Positions 22,658 to 33,760 of a stretch of 64,000 bases of DNA are shown in pieces. Source of the DNA: Octopus bimaculoides. Lineage: Eukaryota. The position numbers and the translations under genes are program-made. Where the stretch lies: contig NC_068991.1 in NCBI RefSeq assembly GCF_001194135.2, positions 22,897,118 through 22,961,117 of the forward strand. The letters are read 5' to 3'. The notes under the pieces were generated by a model. The model had not been told where the DNA came from and made no database searches. It worked only from the letters and a program-made list of their open reading frames with translations. Position 1 is the first letter of the stretch, and the number at the start of each line of letters is the position of its first letter.

Positions 22658-24685
22658 ATTGGAATGTAATGAGTCAAGTGGGAAAAGACTTGGTAGCTGT
22701 TGCTGTGAATCATCTGGAAGCTCCTCATCCTTATGGCTGACTGAGGAACTTTCAGAAAACGGTGCCCAGTGGCCACTCTCATTTTCATGACTGGAATGTG
22801 ATTGGACGTTAGCATCAAAACTACACCAAGAGGATTCCTCTTCCTCTTCCTCTTCCTCTTTCAACTTGTCAGGCACTGCTGACTCTGTTGGCACTTGGAT
22901 GTCCACAGGAAAAGGCGAAGTAGCAGCTTCAAAATCAGCCCACTCTTCTTCATTTTCTGCAACAGCTCGATTGAACTTACTGAAATCACCAAACTCATCT
23001 TCTTCAGACTTTGTTTGACTAGTTAGTGAATCACTGTTTGATGTCCTGGGCACAAAATTATCTGAAGCTGAATTAGTACCTGTTCCTGGAAAAGCACCAT
23101 AATCATCGTCTGATTCTTGGTTCTCCTCTGTGGAATATTTCAGTTCAACTGTTCGGACCTGGTCCGAAATGGAATAGCTCCCATCTAGACTGTCGTTACT
23201 GCGAGACTCACAGTTCTGAACCAAATCGTCATAGTCTATTGAACTCTCATCAAGACTCGGTAAATCTATTTCACTCCGTATATCTGGTGAAGAATTAGGG
23301 TTTCTAGAATTCGAGTCAAATTGAATGGATGAAGAACTCTGAATCTCTTCAGAAATGTCTTTTAGGGTGTCTTCACCTGCTGCTAATTCATTTTCAATGC
23401 TTTCTGATGCAAATTCTTCATTTTCAGCTCGTGTAGACGACTCTTCAAAAGACAGTGTGGACGGGGAGAACAGGTTTTCAGAGACCTGGAAACTGCTGCA
23501 AGTGTTATTGCCCTGAGGTGGTAGAGGAGGTGGATTCGATGTGACAGCAAACGAGAAGTCTGCCCAGTCATCAGAATCATCATCAAACATGCCTGACAAA
23601 CAAGTGTTGGATAGATTTGAACTCACAGCTTCATTGGTTCCAGCTGTAAATTCAGATTGGGAAATAGCAGCAGAATCTGGTGCTGTAGTAGGTAGAGGGA
23701 GAGGAGGACAGTTAGGAGAAGGAAGTGATGTTGATAATGATGGTGATGATGATGATGAGGAAGAAGAGGATGAGGATGGTGGAGGTGGTGGTAGTGGTGG
23801 TGGTTGTGGTGGTGGTGGTGATGGTGAATCACCAGATTTATCAGTTTGTTGATTCATGGTGTTTGTACTAAACGAAGACTGTTCATGTGAAGAAATGTCT
23901 TTATTAGGGTTCTGTGGATCTGTTTGGGATGTACTGTGGTCAATGTCTGTGTTAGTAGTGGTGGTAGTGTTAGTATTATTAGTGGTGGTGGTGGTGGTGG
24001 TGTTGGTGGTGTTGATAAAACGTTTATCTTTATCACAACCAGAGCTATCAGCTCTACCAGTCAGCTGGTCTGTATTGATCTCGGAGAGATTACAGAACAA
24101 TTGACAATTCCCTTTCTCACCTACTTCACCATTGAAGTTATCTTCAAGTTCAGAAGAGGTACTTTTATCACAGGAATCTGGACTTTCATCCGACTTTGGA
24201 ACAGGTGAGATATCAGTACTACAGTGACCAGAATCAGTCATAGAGTCTCGACCTCGACTGCCATCAAGGTTGGACAAATAGCCCAATGTCTTAGTATCAC
24301 AACTAATATTTTCAAACTCAGCAACATTTGATGCTGTTTGCATATCTTCTCCATTACTGAAGGCTTTTTCACTAAGCTCAATGTGAGGGGGGTTGTCTGG
24401 GAACAAGTTGAGGTTCTGAAGAATGGGTCGTTCACTGGTAGCTGATGCTGATGAAAGATCTTTATTTACAATGTCCCCATCTATGGTGTTGAAGTGTATG
24501 TCTTTAAAGGCATCAAACTCAACAGTATCATCCAAATACAACCCTCTGTCAGAGGAAGGGCTTTTGACATTGTCTGCAACACCAGTGAAATTACCAAAGT
24601 CATCTTCATCGTCTTCTTCATCATTCCAAGTAATATCATCAAGAGGTGGCGGAGAACCTGATACCATCGGGATAATGTGAGACAT
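22658..24685 (-). CDS. AFTPH: Aftiphilin, large first coding exon (676 codons; exon starts at 24722 with 37 nt of 5' UTR)
   Basis: The N-terminus MSHIIPMVSGSPPPLDDITWNDEEDDEDDFGNF resembles the aftiphilin N-terminus (M..II.M.S.SPPPLD..acidic..FG.F). The acidic, Ser-rich body carries the adaptor-ear-binding motifs DDWADF (WADF at 23555-23566), DEFGDF, EEWADF (22931-22942), WCSF (22817-22828) and WAPF. Acceptor ...atcattgcAG|G at 24724/24722; donor AAT|GTAAGT at 22658/22657 (phase 0). The ORF track runs on 64 aa into the intron to 22463. Confidence 0.93.
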
Positions 24686-25835
24686 TGTAAGTCGCCAGCT
24701 ACTCTACACTATTATCATCAACCTGCAATGATATGAAATTAATACAATGTCAGAGAAGCAGTTTTATAAAACACACAATACAAGGGAACTAAAAATAAAA
24801 TACATTTAAGGTTTAAAAAGCTGAAAGGAAGAATAATAGAGCAAAAGATATATTATTATTGCAATTCTGTATATAAATCTGTATATCCATATACTAAATA
24901 AATATTTTTGGCAACTTGTAATGAGGATTGAACCAATCAGTTTCATCAGATTGTGTAAATGAAATTGGGCAACTCATATTCTTGTTTACATTTTTCATAA
25001 GCATCACAATAGCCTAACATGAGTAATGAGCAAAAAAGAGCATTTATACAGACATCTGATCTATAAGAAACAGCAGGTAAACTCCCTTTAAATCATACCT
25101 TGTTTTGAAATATAGGAATGACATATTGGATAAACTAGTCCTAGATTTATACACTATGAAAAAAAGAAAAAACTATAATGGCAGCAAGAACACATTTGGT
25201 GATAAGACTACAGAATCAGGACTGGTTTGTGGGTACACAACAAGAATAATGGTAGATGGCTTACTCAAAGTAGTAAATAATCCCTATTAGCCTATATCAA
25301 AGAGAACACAAATGATACAGTGGCAAAGTAGTGATTGCATATGGATGGAAGAACCTATGATTTCTGTAAAAAGAATAAAATATTAGATATATGGAAGAAA
25401 TAAGTAGCTGCATTGTCAATATAACATGAATGGACAGGAAATCTAAAGGTGTTGCAGCGAAAAGCAAAGTACAAATTGAATAATCTCAGATGAATGTGCA
25501 ATGATAATTTTTTATGAAGATTATGCACAATTAAGTTGATTAAGTGTTAGCTGTTTTTGTTTGTTTTAATAGCTCATTCAGAACACAAAAGACAGTTCCT
25601 ATGATCCTTTTCAGGGACTCTGGGACTGGTGAGGGAGAGAGATAAGTTACATATTCATATATATAAGTAAATATATATATCTATAATCTTTTAAATTTGT
25701 TTACAGGAAATGTTTTGAATACGCAAATAAAGCTCCTATTCCATTATGCCACCACAGTCTAATGATGCTAACTGGTGAACCAGTTTTTTTGGGGTTGCAT
25801 TGAGCTGTACCAATATATGTAGGATAAATATAGTA

Positions 25836-26223
25836 ATGATAAAAATAATCCTTTGATGGAATTTATAAACATTTAATACATCGCTATACGCATTTCCACA
25901 AACCACATATCGCGTAAGATCACAGTCTTCCTGGGATGATTACAGTATAGTCTATAGCACCCATGGGCATTGGGTAGATCATCTTCATGGATTCATTTCT
26001 TCAGCTGATATAACATTAATGGATGTTTACTGGAGAGATGTTTATCCCTCTTGACCAATACGAAGGTTGTCTACGGATACTACAATGTCCATCGATACTA
26101 CAGACTACACTATAATTATCCCAAGAATACGAACTGTGATCTTAAGAGACATGTGATTTGAAAATGCACACACCAATGCATTAAATGTTTATAAATTCCA
26201 TCCAAAGCTTATTGTTATTATTA
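25836..26223. mobile_element. Foldback/MITE-like element with ~120-bp imperfect arms
   Basis: TTTGATGGAATTTATAAACATTTAAT...TAAGATCACAGT...TGGGATGATTACAGTATAGTCT (~25836-25953) is mirrored by AGACTACACTATAATTATCCCA...ACTGTGATCTTA...ATTAAATGTTTATAAATTCCATCCAAAG (~26102-26223). Confidence 0.75.
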
Positions 26224-26230
26224 CTATATA

Positions 26231-27540
26231 TTGGGTCATCCCATAAATAATGCAATTTTTTTATATTTCTTTTATTTTTCAAAATTAGGATAAATAAAGT
26301 ACTTTTTTAATCTAAAATATACTCTCTTTCATTTTCTACAATGCACTTCCATCTATCTGGTAGATTTTCTACAATGCACTTCCATCTATCTGGCACTTCC
26401 ATCTATCGGGTAGGCCCCTCTTCCAAAATTCACTTGTCCATGACAAAAAATACTCCTCCAGTACTGTTCTGACCTCATCTACAGAATTCATATTTTTTTC
26501 TGTCCAAATAATTTTGAAGACTGCGGAATAAATGATAATCAGACGTGGCAATGTCCAGCAAATATGATGGGTGGGGCGTTTCCCATTCAAACTGCTCCAG
26601 CCTTTGGAATGTCATCCTCACTGTATGTGGCCGAGCATTATCCTGATGGAGAAACACCTTTTGTCTTGAAACCAAAGATGGTTTGTTTTTTTTTCTAACG
26701 TTGACTTAAACTGCTCGCAGTAGACATCCTATGTTATCATTTGGTTTGGGTTTAAAAGTTCAAAGTGGACTAAACTATTCATATCCCACCAAACAGATAA
26801 CAACACCTTAAGTGGGTGAAGATTTTCTTTCACTTAGGGTCCCAGTATTTCTCCTTTCCTTACCCACAGTCTTCGGCACTTGACATTTTTATAAAGAACC
26901 CATTTCTTGTCACCAGTCACTATTCAATCCAAAAAAGGTTCAGTCATGAGATGTGACAGCAAAGAAGAACACACATTCACTCTCTGCACACAATTAGACT
27001 TGGAAAGTTTATGAGGAACCCATTGACCCAATTTGCTGACTTTTCCGATGGCACACAGATGTCGATGAATGGTTGCATGACCAGATCCAAGCTTCTCTGC
27101 TAATTCCTCAACAGCTACGATGGTATTTTTTCCACCAAGGTTTGCAGGACATCCTCATCAAGCTCTACAGATCTTCTAGGATGAGGTTCATCTTCTAGGC
27201 TGTAGCTTCCAACTCGGAATTTCTGGAACCACTGTTGACACTGGCTTATGCTTATTGTCCAATCCCCATATACTACATTAAAATTCCTCACACTTTCCAT
27301 TGTACTGTTGCCTTTATTGAACTCATAAAGCAAAATATGTTCCTTTGTTACTTCCATTATACCTTTGAAAAAACAACTGTTAAAATCAAACCACACTCTT
27401 CAAAATTTGCACAAAGAATAAAACCAAGGTAAAATTACTACCTGCTTTTATATCAAGTTGATGCAGGTAGTTTATCCCGTCCCCCTCTTACTTTAGTTCA
27501 TTCAATTGAAAAAAATCGCATTATTTATGGGATGACCCTA
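26231..27540 (-). mobile_element. Full-length but decayed mariner (D,D34D-type) transposon, ~1.31 kb
   Basis: TIRs T(T/A)GGGTCATCCCATAAATAATGC at both ends with TA on each side. Minus-strand transposase fragments start at ATG 27357: MEVTKEHILLYEFNKG...QWFQKFRVGSYSLEDEPH and LHQDNARPH...DIATSDYHLFRSLQN. Frameshifts, stops and small tandem duplications at 26330-26410. Confidence 0.92.
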
Positions 27541-27868
27541 TATATATATATATATATATATACCTTTTACTTGTTTCAGTCTTTAGAACTGGGGCACCAC
27601 CTTGAAGAGTTTAGGCAAAAAAATCAATTCCAGTACTTATTTTTAAGCCTGGTACTTATTCTATCAGTCACTTTTTGCCAAACTGCTAAGTTACAGGAAT
27701 GTAAACAAACTGGTTGTCAAGTGTTGATGGGGGACAAACAAAAAGCCACACACACACACACACCCATACAAACACACATGCATACCTACTTACATACATG
27801 CATACATACATACACACATATCAAACAATGAGAATGAGTGCTCAACACTGCATTGGTGGATAAAGATT

Positions 27869-28119
27869 CTTTATTTGTGTACTAAGGCTACCATTTGTTT
27901 CGTGTTAAGAAAACATCTTGACAATCTTTCAAGCCAATTACATGGAGAAAATTGGCGTTTGTCATTCTTGAAGGACTTTAATGTGAATACCCATGTTTTT
28001 TGTGTGTTTTAATCCAAAATGGAGACAAACGCCAATTTTTCCATGTGACTGACTTGAAAAATTGTTAAAATATTTTCTTAACACATGAAACCAATAATAG
28101 CCTTAATACACAAATAAAG
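27869..28119. mobile_element. Foldback element with ~95-bp arms
   Basis: CTTTATTTGTGTACTAAGGCTA...AAAATTGGCGTTTGTC (27869-27963) versus GACAAACGCCAATTTT...TAGCCTTAATACACAAATAAAG (28024-28119). Confidence 0.85.
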
Positions 28120-28149
28120 TATATGTTATATAAATATATACATACACAC

Positions 28150-28850
28150 ACACCTCATTTGGTTTTTCAGAATCATTGAAAAGCCAAATGAAATGGTCTG
28201 GCCATATTGTTCAAATGGTGGATGAATGCATACCCGGACAGTTGTTTTATGGCGAGCTTGCAGGGGGGAAACATAATCGGTATAAACTTAAAAAGAGATT
28301 TAAGGATGGCATAAGGACTACTATGAAGTCACTTGGAATGGATTCAAAGGCCATAGAAACCCTTGATGTGGATCAAGCTGGATGGCAAACAAAAGTGTGG
28401 AGTGGAGTGAAGGCATTTGAGGCGGTCAGGATAATGCATGCAAGACTCGAGAGATTTAAAGAAGAATGTTGCAATCAAGAAGGTGAATCACAGTGACCTT
28501 TTTGTGTGCACGGTTTGACAGACCATGCCTTTCTTTTGTTGGGCTCAAATCTCAAATGAAGGCCCCTAAAAAAACCAACCTCCACCAACTATTTTACCTA
28601 TATATCTGTGCACACCTTTCAATGCCATGTATGCCATAAGGTCTGCAATTCTAATGGAGGCCTCAAAAGACATTTTAAGATCGGAACTTAATTACAGTTC
28701 TTGGTGGTCTGAATCAGATATGCAATCTATGTGGGCGTCTTTTCGATACATTGTCTGGTTTAAAAAGCCACATCTGACGCCATGATGAACTTAATGTGTA
28801 GGTACAAGAGGTAGTCAGACTCTGCATAAGGAGTAGACAACCACCACCAT
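28150..28850 (+). mobile_element. 5'-truncated RTE-clade LINE 3' end with three C2H2-like fingers
   Basis: ORF 28176..28496: QMKWSGHIVQMVDECIPGQLFYGELAGGKH...KKRFKD (RTE thumb). Then FVCTV(fs)DRPCLSFVGLKSQMKA, FQCHVCHKVCNSNGGLKRHFK and ICNLCGRLFDTLSGLKSHI*RH. Confidence 0.85.
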
Positions 28851-30411
28851 TTATACACACATACAATGAGCTTTTTTCAGTTTCTATCTACCAAATTCAC
28901 TCACATGTCTTTGGTAAGCCTGGGGTTATAGTAGAAGACACTTACCTAAGGTGTTACAGAGTGGAACTGAACCCAAGACCACACAGTTCAGAAGCAAGCT
29001 CCCTATGGTTATGTGTAGTGCCACTTCCAGTTTTCTTAAAGTTGTTGTATATTGTGAAACAGTGTATAGTTTATGTTATTAATTGTATAACTTGAAAGTT
29101 CATGAGCTATATTCAGCCTTTGGCATATTTGGAATATGCATTAGTATTGATAATAATGTACTGTTCAGCTTTGTGTGGTGTTGTCATGAGGCAGTGTACT
29201 GCTTATGTTTAGTTTTTTCATACTTTCATCGCTTATGGGCTATATTTAGCCTTGCTTCTGACAAACATGGTAAATGAATCTGCGCTAGTTTTGACAATCA
29301 TGTATGGTTCAGTTATGAGTGGCATGGGGCCACACATTGTACTCAGCTTTCAGTAATTGTGAATCATACAGGTACATTAGTGATGTGCCTTTTTGGCATT
29401 TTGTGTGTTTGTGCATACTAGCACACTGACTGTACAGTTAATGTTCAGTATTTGGAACATTTTCAAGCCTTTAGAGGATGAAATTCGGGTTGACCAACTA
29501 AAAGAACAGAGTTGTAATTGCAGAGGCATCTTATTGAGCTCTCTGCACAGGAACCATCACCAAGCTTTGTGCTATGTAAATTCAAAGAAGCCACAAAGCC
29601 TACCACTAAAAACCTATGATGTTACGTATCAGAAATGTTTTATTTCACCTACATTGTGTGAAGTACAGGTAAAGTACTAGAGTAAGGGTTACTCTTTATT
29701 GGGGGAGATGTCACACCTCAGAAATGAAGTCGGGATTTGGTTTGTTAATGGAATAGGTAGAATGACATAGGTGGTAGTGTCTGGTGAGGCACTAAGAAGG
29801 GTGAATTGTGCATGCATCTGTGTACATATACGCCAACAACAGTATCCTTTTAACATCCACTTTTCCATGCTAGCATATGTCAGACAGAATTTTTCTTCAC
29901 CTGGTTGCCTTTCCAAGTGCCAACACTCATCTGTTTCCAAGAATGGAAATAATTCACCATGGCTAGACATGTTTTCATGTCAGATTAGAAAACAAAGGAC
30001 ACTGCTTGTATGATGGTGACACTCATTTACAAATATCACATACTATCAGGACAAAGAGAAACAAAGAAACACAAACATACATGACAACTTTCTTTCAGTT
30101 TTCATCTACCAAATCCACTTACAAAGTGACTAGCTCATGCTGCCACACAGTGTGTGTGTGTGCACGCACATGCATGTGTGTGTATAAAGACAGAAACACA
30201 CAGACAGATAGACATCTTTCATTTCTTACCTTGGTCATTAGATTACATCCATGATGGAGCAGCACCTTGAAAGGATTAGTCAAACAAATAGATCCCAGTA
30301 ATTTTTCTACACCTACTAATTATTCTATTGGTTTCTTTTTCCTGAATTGCCAAATTACAAGAATATAAACAAACCAATTGGAAGAAAATCACACACGAAC
30401 ACACACACACG

Positions 30412-30446
<35 letters not shown>

Positions 30447-30728
30447 CACAGAGACCTTTGGCATTATGTCATACTTGAGAAGAAAACCCATAAGTTGAGG
30501 AACATTGCAGTCATGGCAGATAATGGTGACACACAAATGGCACCTGTGGCAGAGGCATGTGAAAGCAACCATTATACACATGGGATGGTTCGTGTTAGGA
30601 ACAGCATCCAGTTTTAGAAAACGATAACAAATCAGACTGGAGTGTGGTGCAGCCTTCCAGCTTACCAGCCCTGGTTAAACCATACAAACCCTGCTAGCAT
30701 GGACAATGGACGTTAGATAATGATGATG

Positions 30729-30774
<46 letters not shown>

Positions 30775-30818
30775 ATATATTTATAAAAATATACACACAC
30801 ACACACATATATGTATAT

Positions 30819-31182
30819 GGCACCTGTGCTCAACGTCGCCTTCCTGGCACTTGTGCCGGTGGCACGTGTAAAGACACTCGAGCGAGATCGTTGCCAGTGC
30901 CGCTGGACTGGCTCCTGTGCAGGTGGCATGCAAAATACACCATTTTGAACGTGGCCGTTGCCAGTACTGCCTGACTGGCCTTCGTGCCGGTGGCACATAA
31001 AAGCACCCATTATACTCTCAGAGTGGTTGGCGTTAGGAAGGGCATCCAGCTGTAGAAACTCTGCCAGATCAGATTGGAGCCTGGTGCTGCCATCTGGCTC
31101 GCCAGTCCTCAGTCAAACCGTCCAACCCATGCCAGCATGGAAAGTGGACGTTGTGGACGTTAAACAATGATGATGATGATGA
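30819..31182 (+). mobile_element. RTE 3'-UTR fragment (about two repeat units) with (GAT)n tail
   Basis: GCCAGTACTGCCTGACTGGC hairpin units, GGCGTTAGGAAGGGCATCCAGCTGTAGAAAC, GGACGTTAAACAATGATGATGAT. Confidence 0.8.
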
Positions 31183-32324
31183 CAGCCACACTATTAGTTT
31201 TCTTCCAACAAATATAAGCAAAATTTCAATTAGTAATTGTGAATGTAGGTGGGTGTGTGGTCTGTGGTAACTGTATTTTTATAAATAAATTTCTAATTAA
31301 TGACAAAGCTTTACTGGACAATCTTATTAGGATATTACCATAAAACCACATATACACATCCATTTACACACACAGCTATAGACACATGAAAACATATACA
31401 TGCATACATTCAAAAATCATAAATTCTTTACAACTGAGGATGCAAATAAGTGGCAAATAACCAGATGAATAACAGAGGAAGAATACAATTACCAAGTTTA
31501 TGTTTGGAAATATTGATTAATTTTCTTGATTTGTTAATTTGTTTTAACATTTTTATTTTTTCAAGGGAATAAATAGGGGATTGAAGTCCTTCTTTGAGAA
31601 AGAAGTTGATTAATGAAAGAACTTTGAGATAAAAGAATCCTATTAAAAGCAAGCAGCCGAAGCAGCACAACTCAAAAGTTAATGATTATAATTCTTTCAA
31701 CAATTACCATTACCACCCCAACATCTTCCTCATTAGTTCTCTATGCTGCTGCATTGTTAAAATAAAAACAATAATGGCAATAAAAATTAGGGTTGGATAA
31801 TAAATGTTTGATTAAAGGAAATCGAGCATGAAATATTGACATTGTAATAGTTGTAGTGAATGTGTGTTAAGAATTACATGACATGGTTCATACAATCTGA
31901 ATAAAATTCATCCGTAGTCGTACAAGTAGACAGACAGACAGAGCAACTAGCTAAAACTAGTTTCTTTCATTCTGTGCTCCCACACACTTCCAACTAACAA
32001 TTCTACACACACACACATGTACAAAGACACAGTTATAGCCACAAAGTAAGGGTTACCAGATCTACACATGAAACTTTGAAGCAAATATAATCCTCCTCTT
32101 ATCCTGTAGATAACCATGACAGGGTATCATTGTGTCATGTGTGAAATTAGATCAAACTTAGTTCAGATATGATACAATATTATCAGGCTTCTATTATTAG
32201 ATTAATTTTGTCTTGGACATTATTTGCATGATAATTAGACAATTATCTAGATGACACTAGATTTAAAGATTAGAGCATTAAACAGCCAAAGTATCTCCAT
32301 AGATATAGTAGTAGTGGTGGCAAT

Positions 32325-32960
32325 AATAATACTTTCTACTATAAGCACAAAGCCATAATTTGGGGGAGGGGGATAGTCAATTACATCTACCCCAAGACTC
32401 AGCTGGTCCTTATTTTATTGACTCCAAAAGGATGAAAGGCAAAGTCAACCTCAGCAGAAATTGAATTCACAACGTAAAGAAGAAAAAAATGCCACTAAGC
32501 ATTTTGCCCGGCATGCTAACAATTCTGCCAGCCCACCAATAATAATTCTTTCTACTATAGACACAAGGCCTAAAATTGTGAGGGAGGGGGCTAGTCGATT
32601 ACATCGACCCCAGTGCATAACTGATACTTATTTGCTTGACCTGGAAAGGATGAAAGGCAAAGTCAACCTCTGCAGAATTTGAACACAGAATGTAAGGACA
32701 GACAAAAGGCTGTTAAAACATACTGCCCAGTATGCTAACGATTCTGCCAGCTCACCACCATAATAATAATTATTATTATTATTATCATTCTTGCAAATTT
32801 TTGGCACAAGGTCCAAATTTTGAGAAGAGGAAGTCAATTACATTGACCTCAATGTGCAACTGGTACTAATTTTATCAACCCCAAAAGGATGAAAAGCAAA
32901 GTCCACCATGGCAGCATTATAGTAATAATAATCCTTTCTACTAAAGACACAGCATGCTAA
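32325..32960 (-). mobile_element. Head-to-tail array of three Nin/Deu-domain-like SINE copies
   Basis: Three successive units, each with (minus strand) GACTTTGC(C)TTTCATCCTTT...GGTC(G/A)A..AA.TAAG.ACCAG, a motif similar to the Nin/Deu domain as recalled, separated by (AAT)n tails. Confidence 0.75.
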
Positions 32961-33439
32961 CAATTCTGTTATTTTCATTGGCATGTATGAGAACGACAAC
33001 TCAGAGGATGCCTACTCCCCTTAAAGATTTCTCAATGAAGTGTATCTGTATCCTCTCTATTATTTGCTGAGTAACTTACTACATAAGTAAACATTGGCTG
33101 GTATAGAGTAAGAAAAATATTGACAGATTCATTATCCAGATGACAATTAGATGGTTTGTACTGTTGAAAAAATATTAGACATCTTGTAGTTTTCTCTTTT
33201 TACTTGTTCATGTGGATGTACTTTAATGTATAATGTATATCTTGTAAGGTTCTAATTACATATCTTCTATCTTGAAATATTTGGTTGAACAAATAGATTG
33301 ATCCCAGTTCTTGTTTTTTAAGTCTAGTTCTAATTCACCAATCTATTTCACAAAATCGCTGAGTTATGGAGAGGAGGGTGGGTAAGCGAGTGGGGGAGTG
33401 AGTTGAGGGGAGTGGAGAGGAGAGGGTGAGGATCGTGAG

Positions 33440-33760
33440 GAATATGGGAGGGTGAGGAGGAGGAAGAGGAGGAGCAGTAAAGAGGATGAGGGGAGAAGAA
33501 AGATGAAGGGGAGGGAGAAGGAAGTAGAGGGGAGGAAGAAGAGGGGAGGAAGAAGAGGGGAGGAAGAAGAGGGGAGGAAGAAGAGGGGAGGAAGAAGAGG
33601 GGAGGAAGAAGAGGGGAGGAAGAAGAGGGGAGGAAGAAGAGGGGAGGAGAGGGAGAAGGAAGAATAAGGGGAGGGAGGGGAGGAAGAAGGAAGAAGAGAG
33701 AAGGAAGAAGAGGGAGGGAAGAAGAGGGAGGGAAGAAGAGGGAGGGAGAAAGAGGAGGAG
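33440..33760. repeat. Purine-rich 14-bp minisatellite (GGGGAGGAAGAAGA)n with GA-rich flanks
   Basis: About 9 direct units between ~33525 and ~33650; explains ORFs 33348..33782, 33364..33891 and 33452..33667. Confidence 0.9.
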
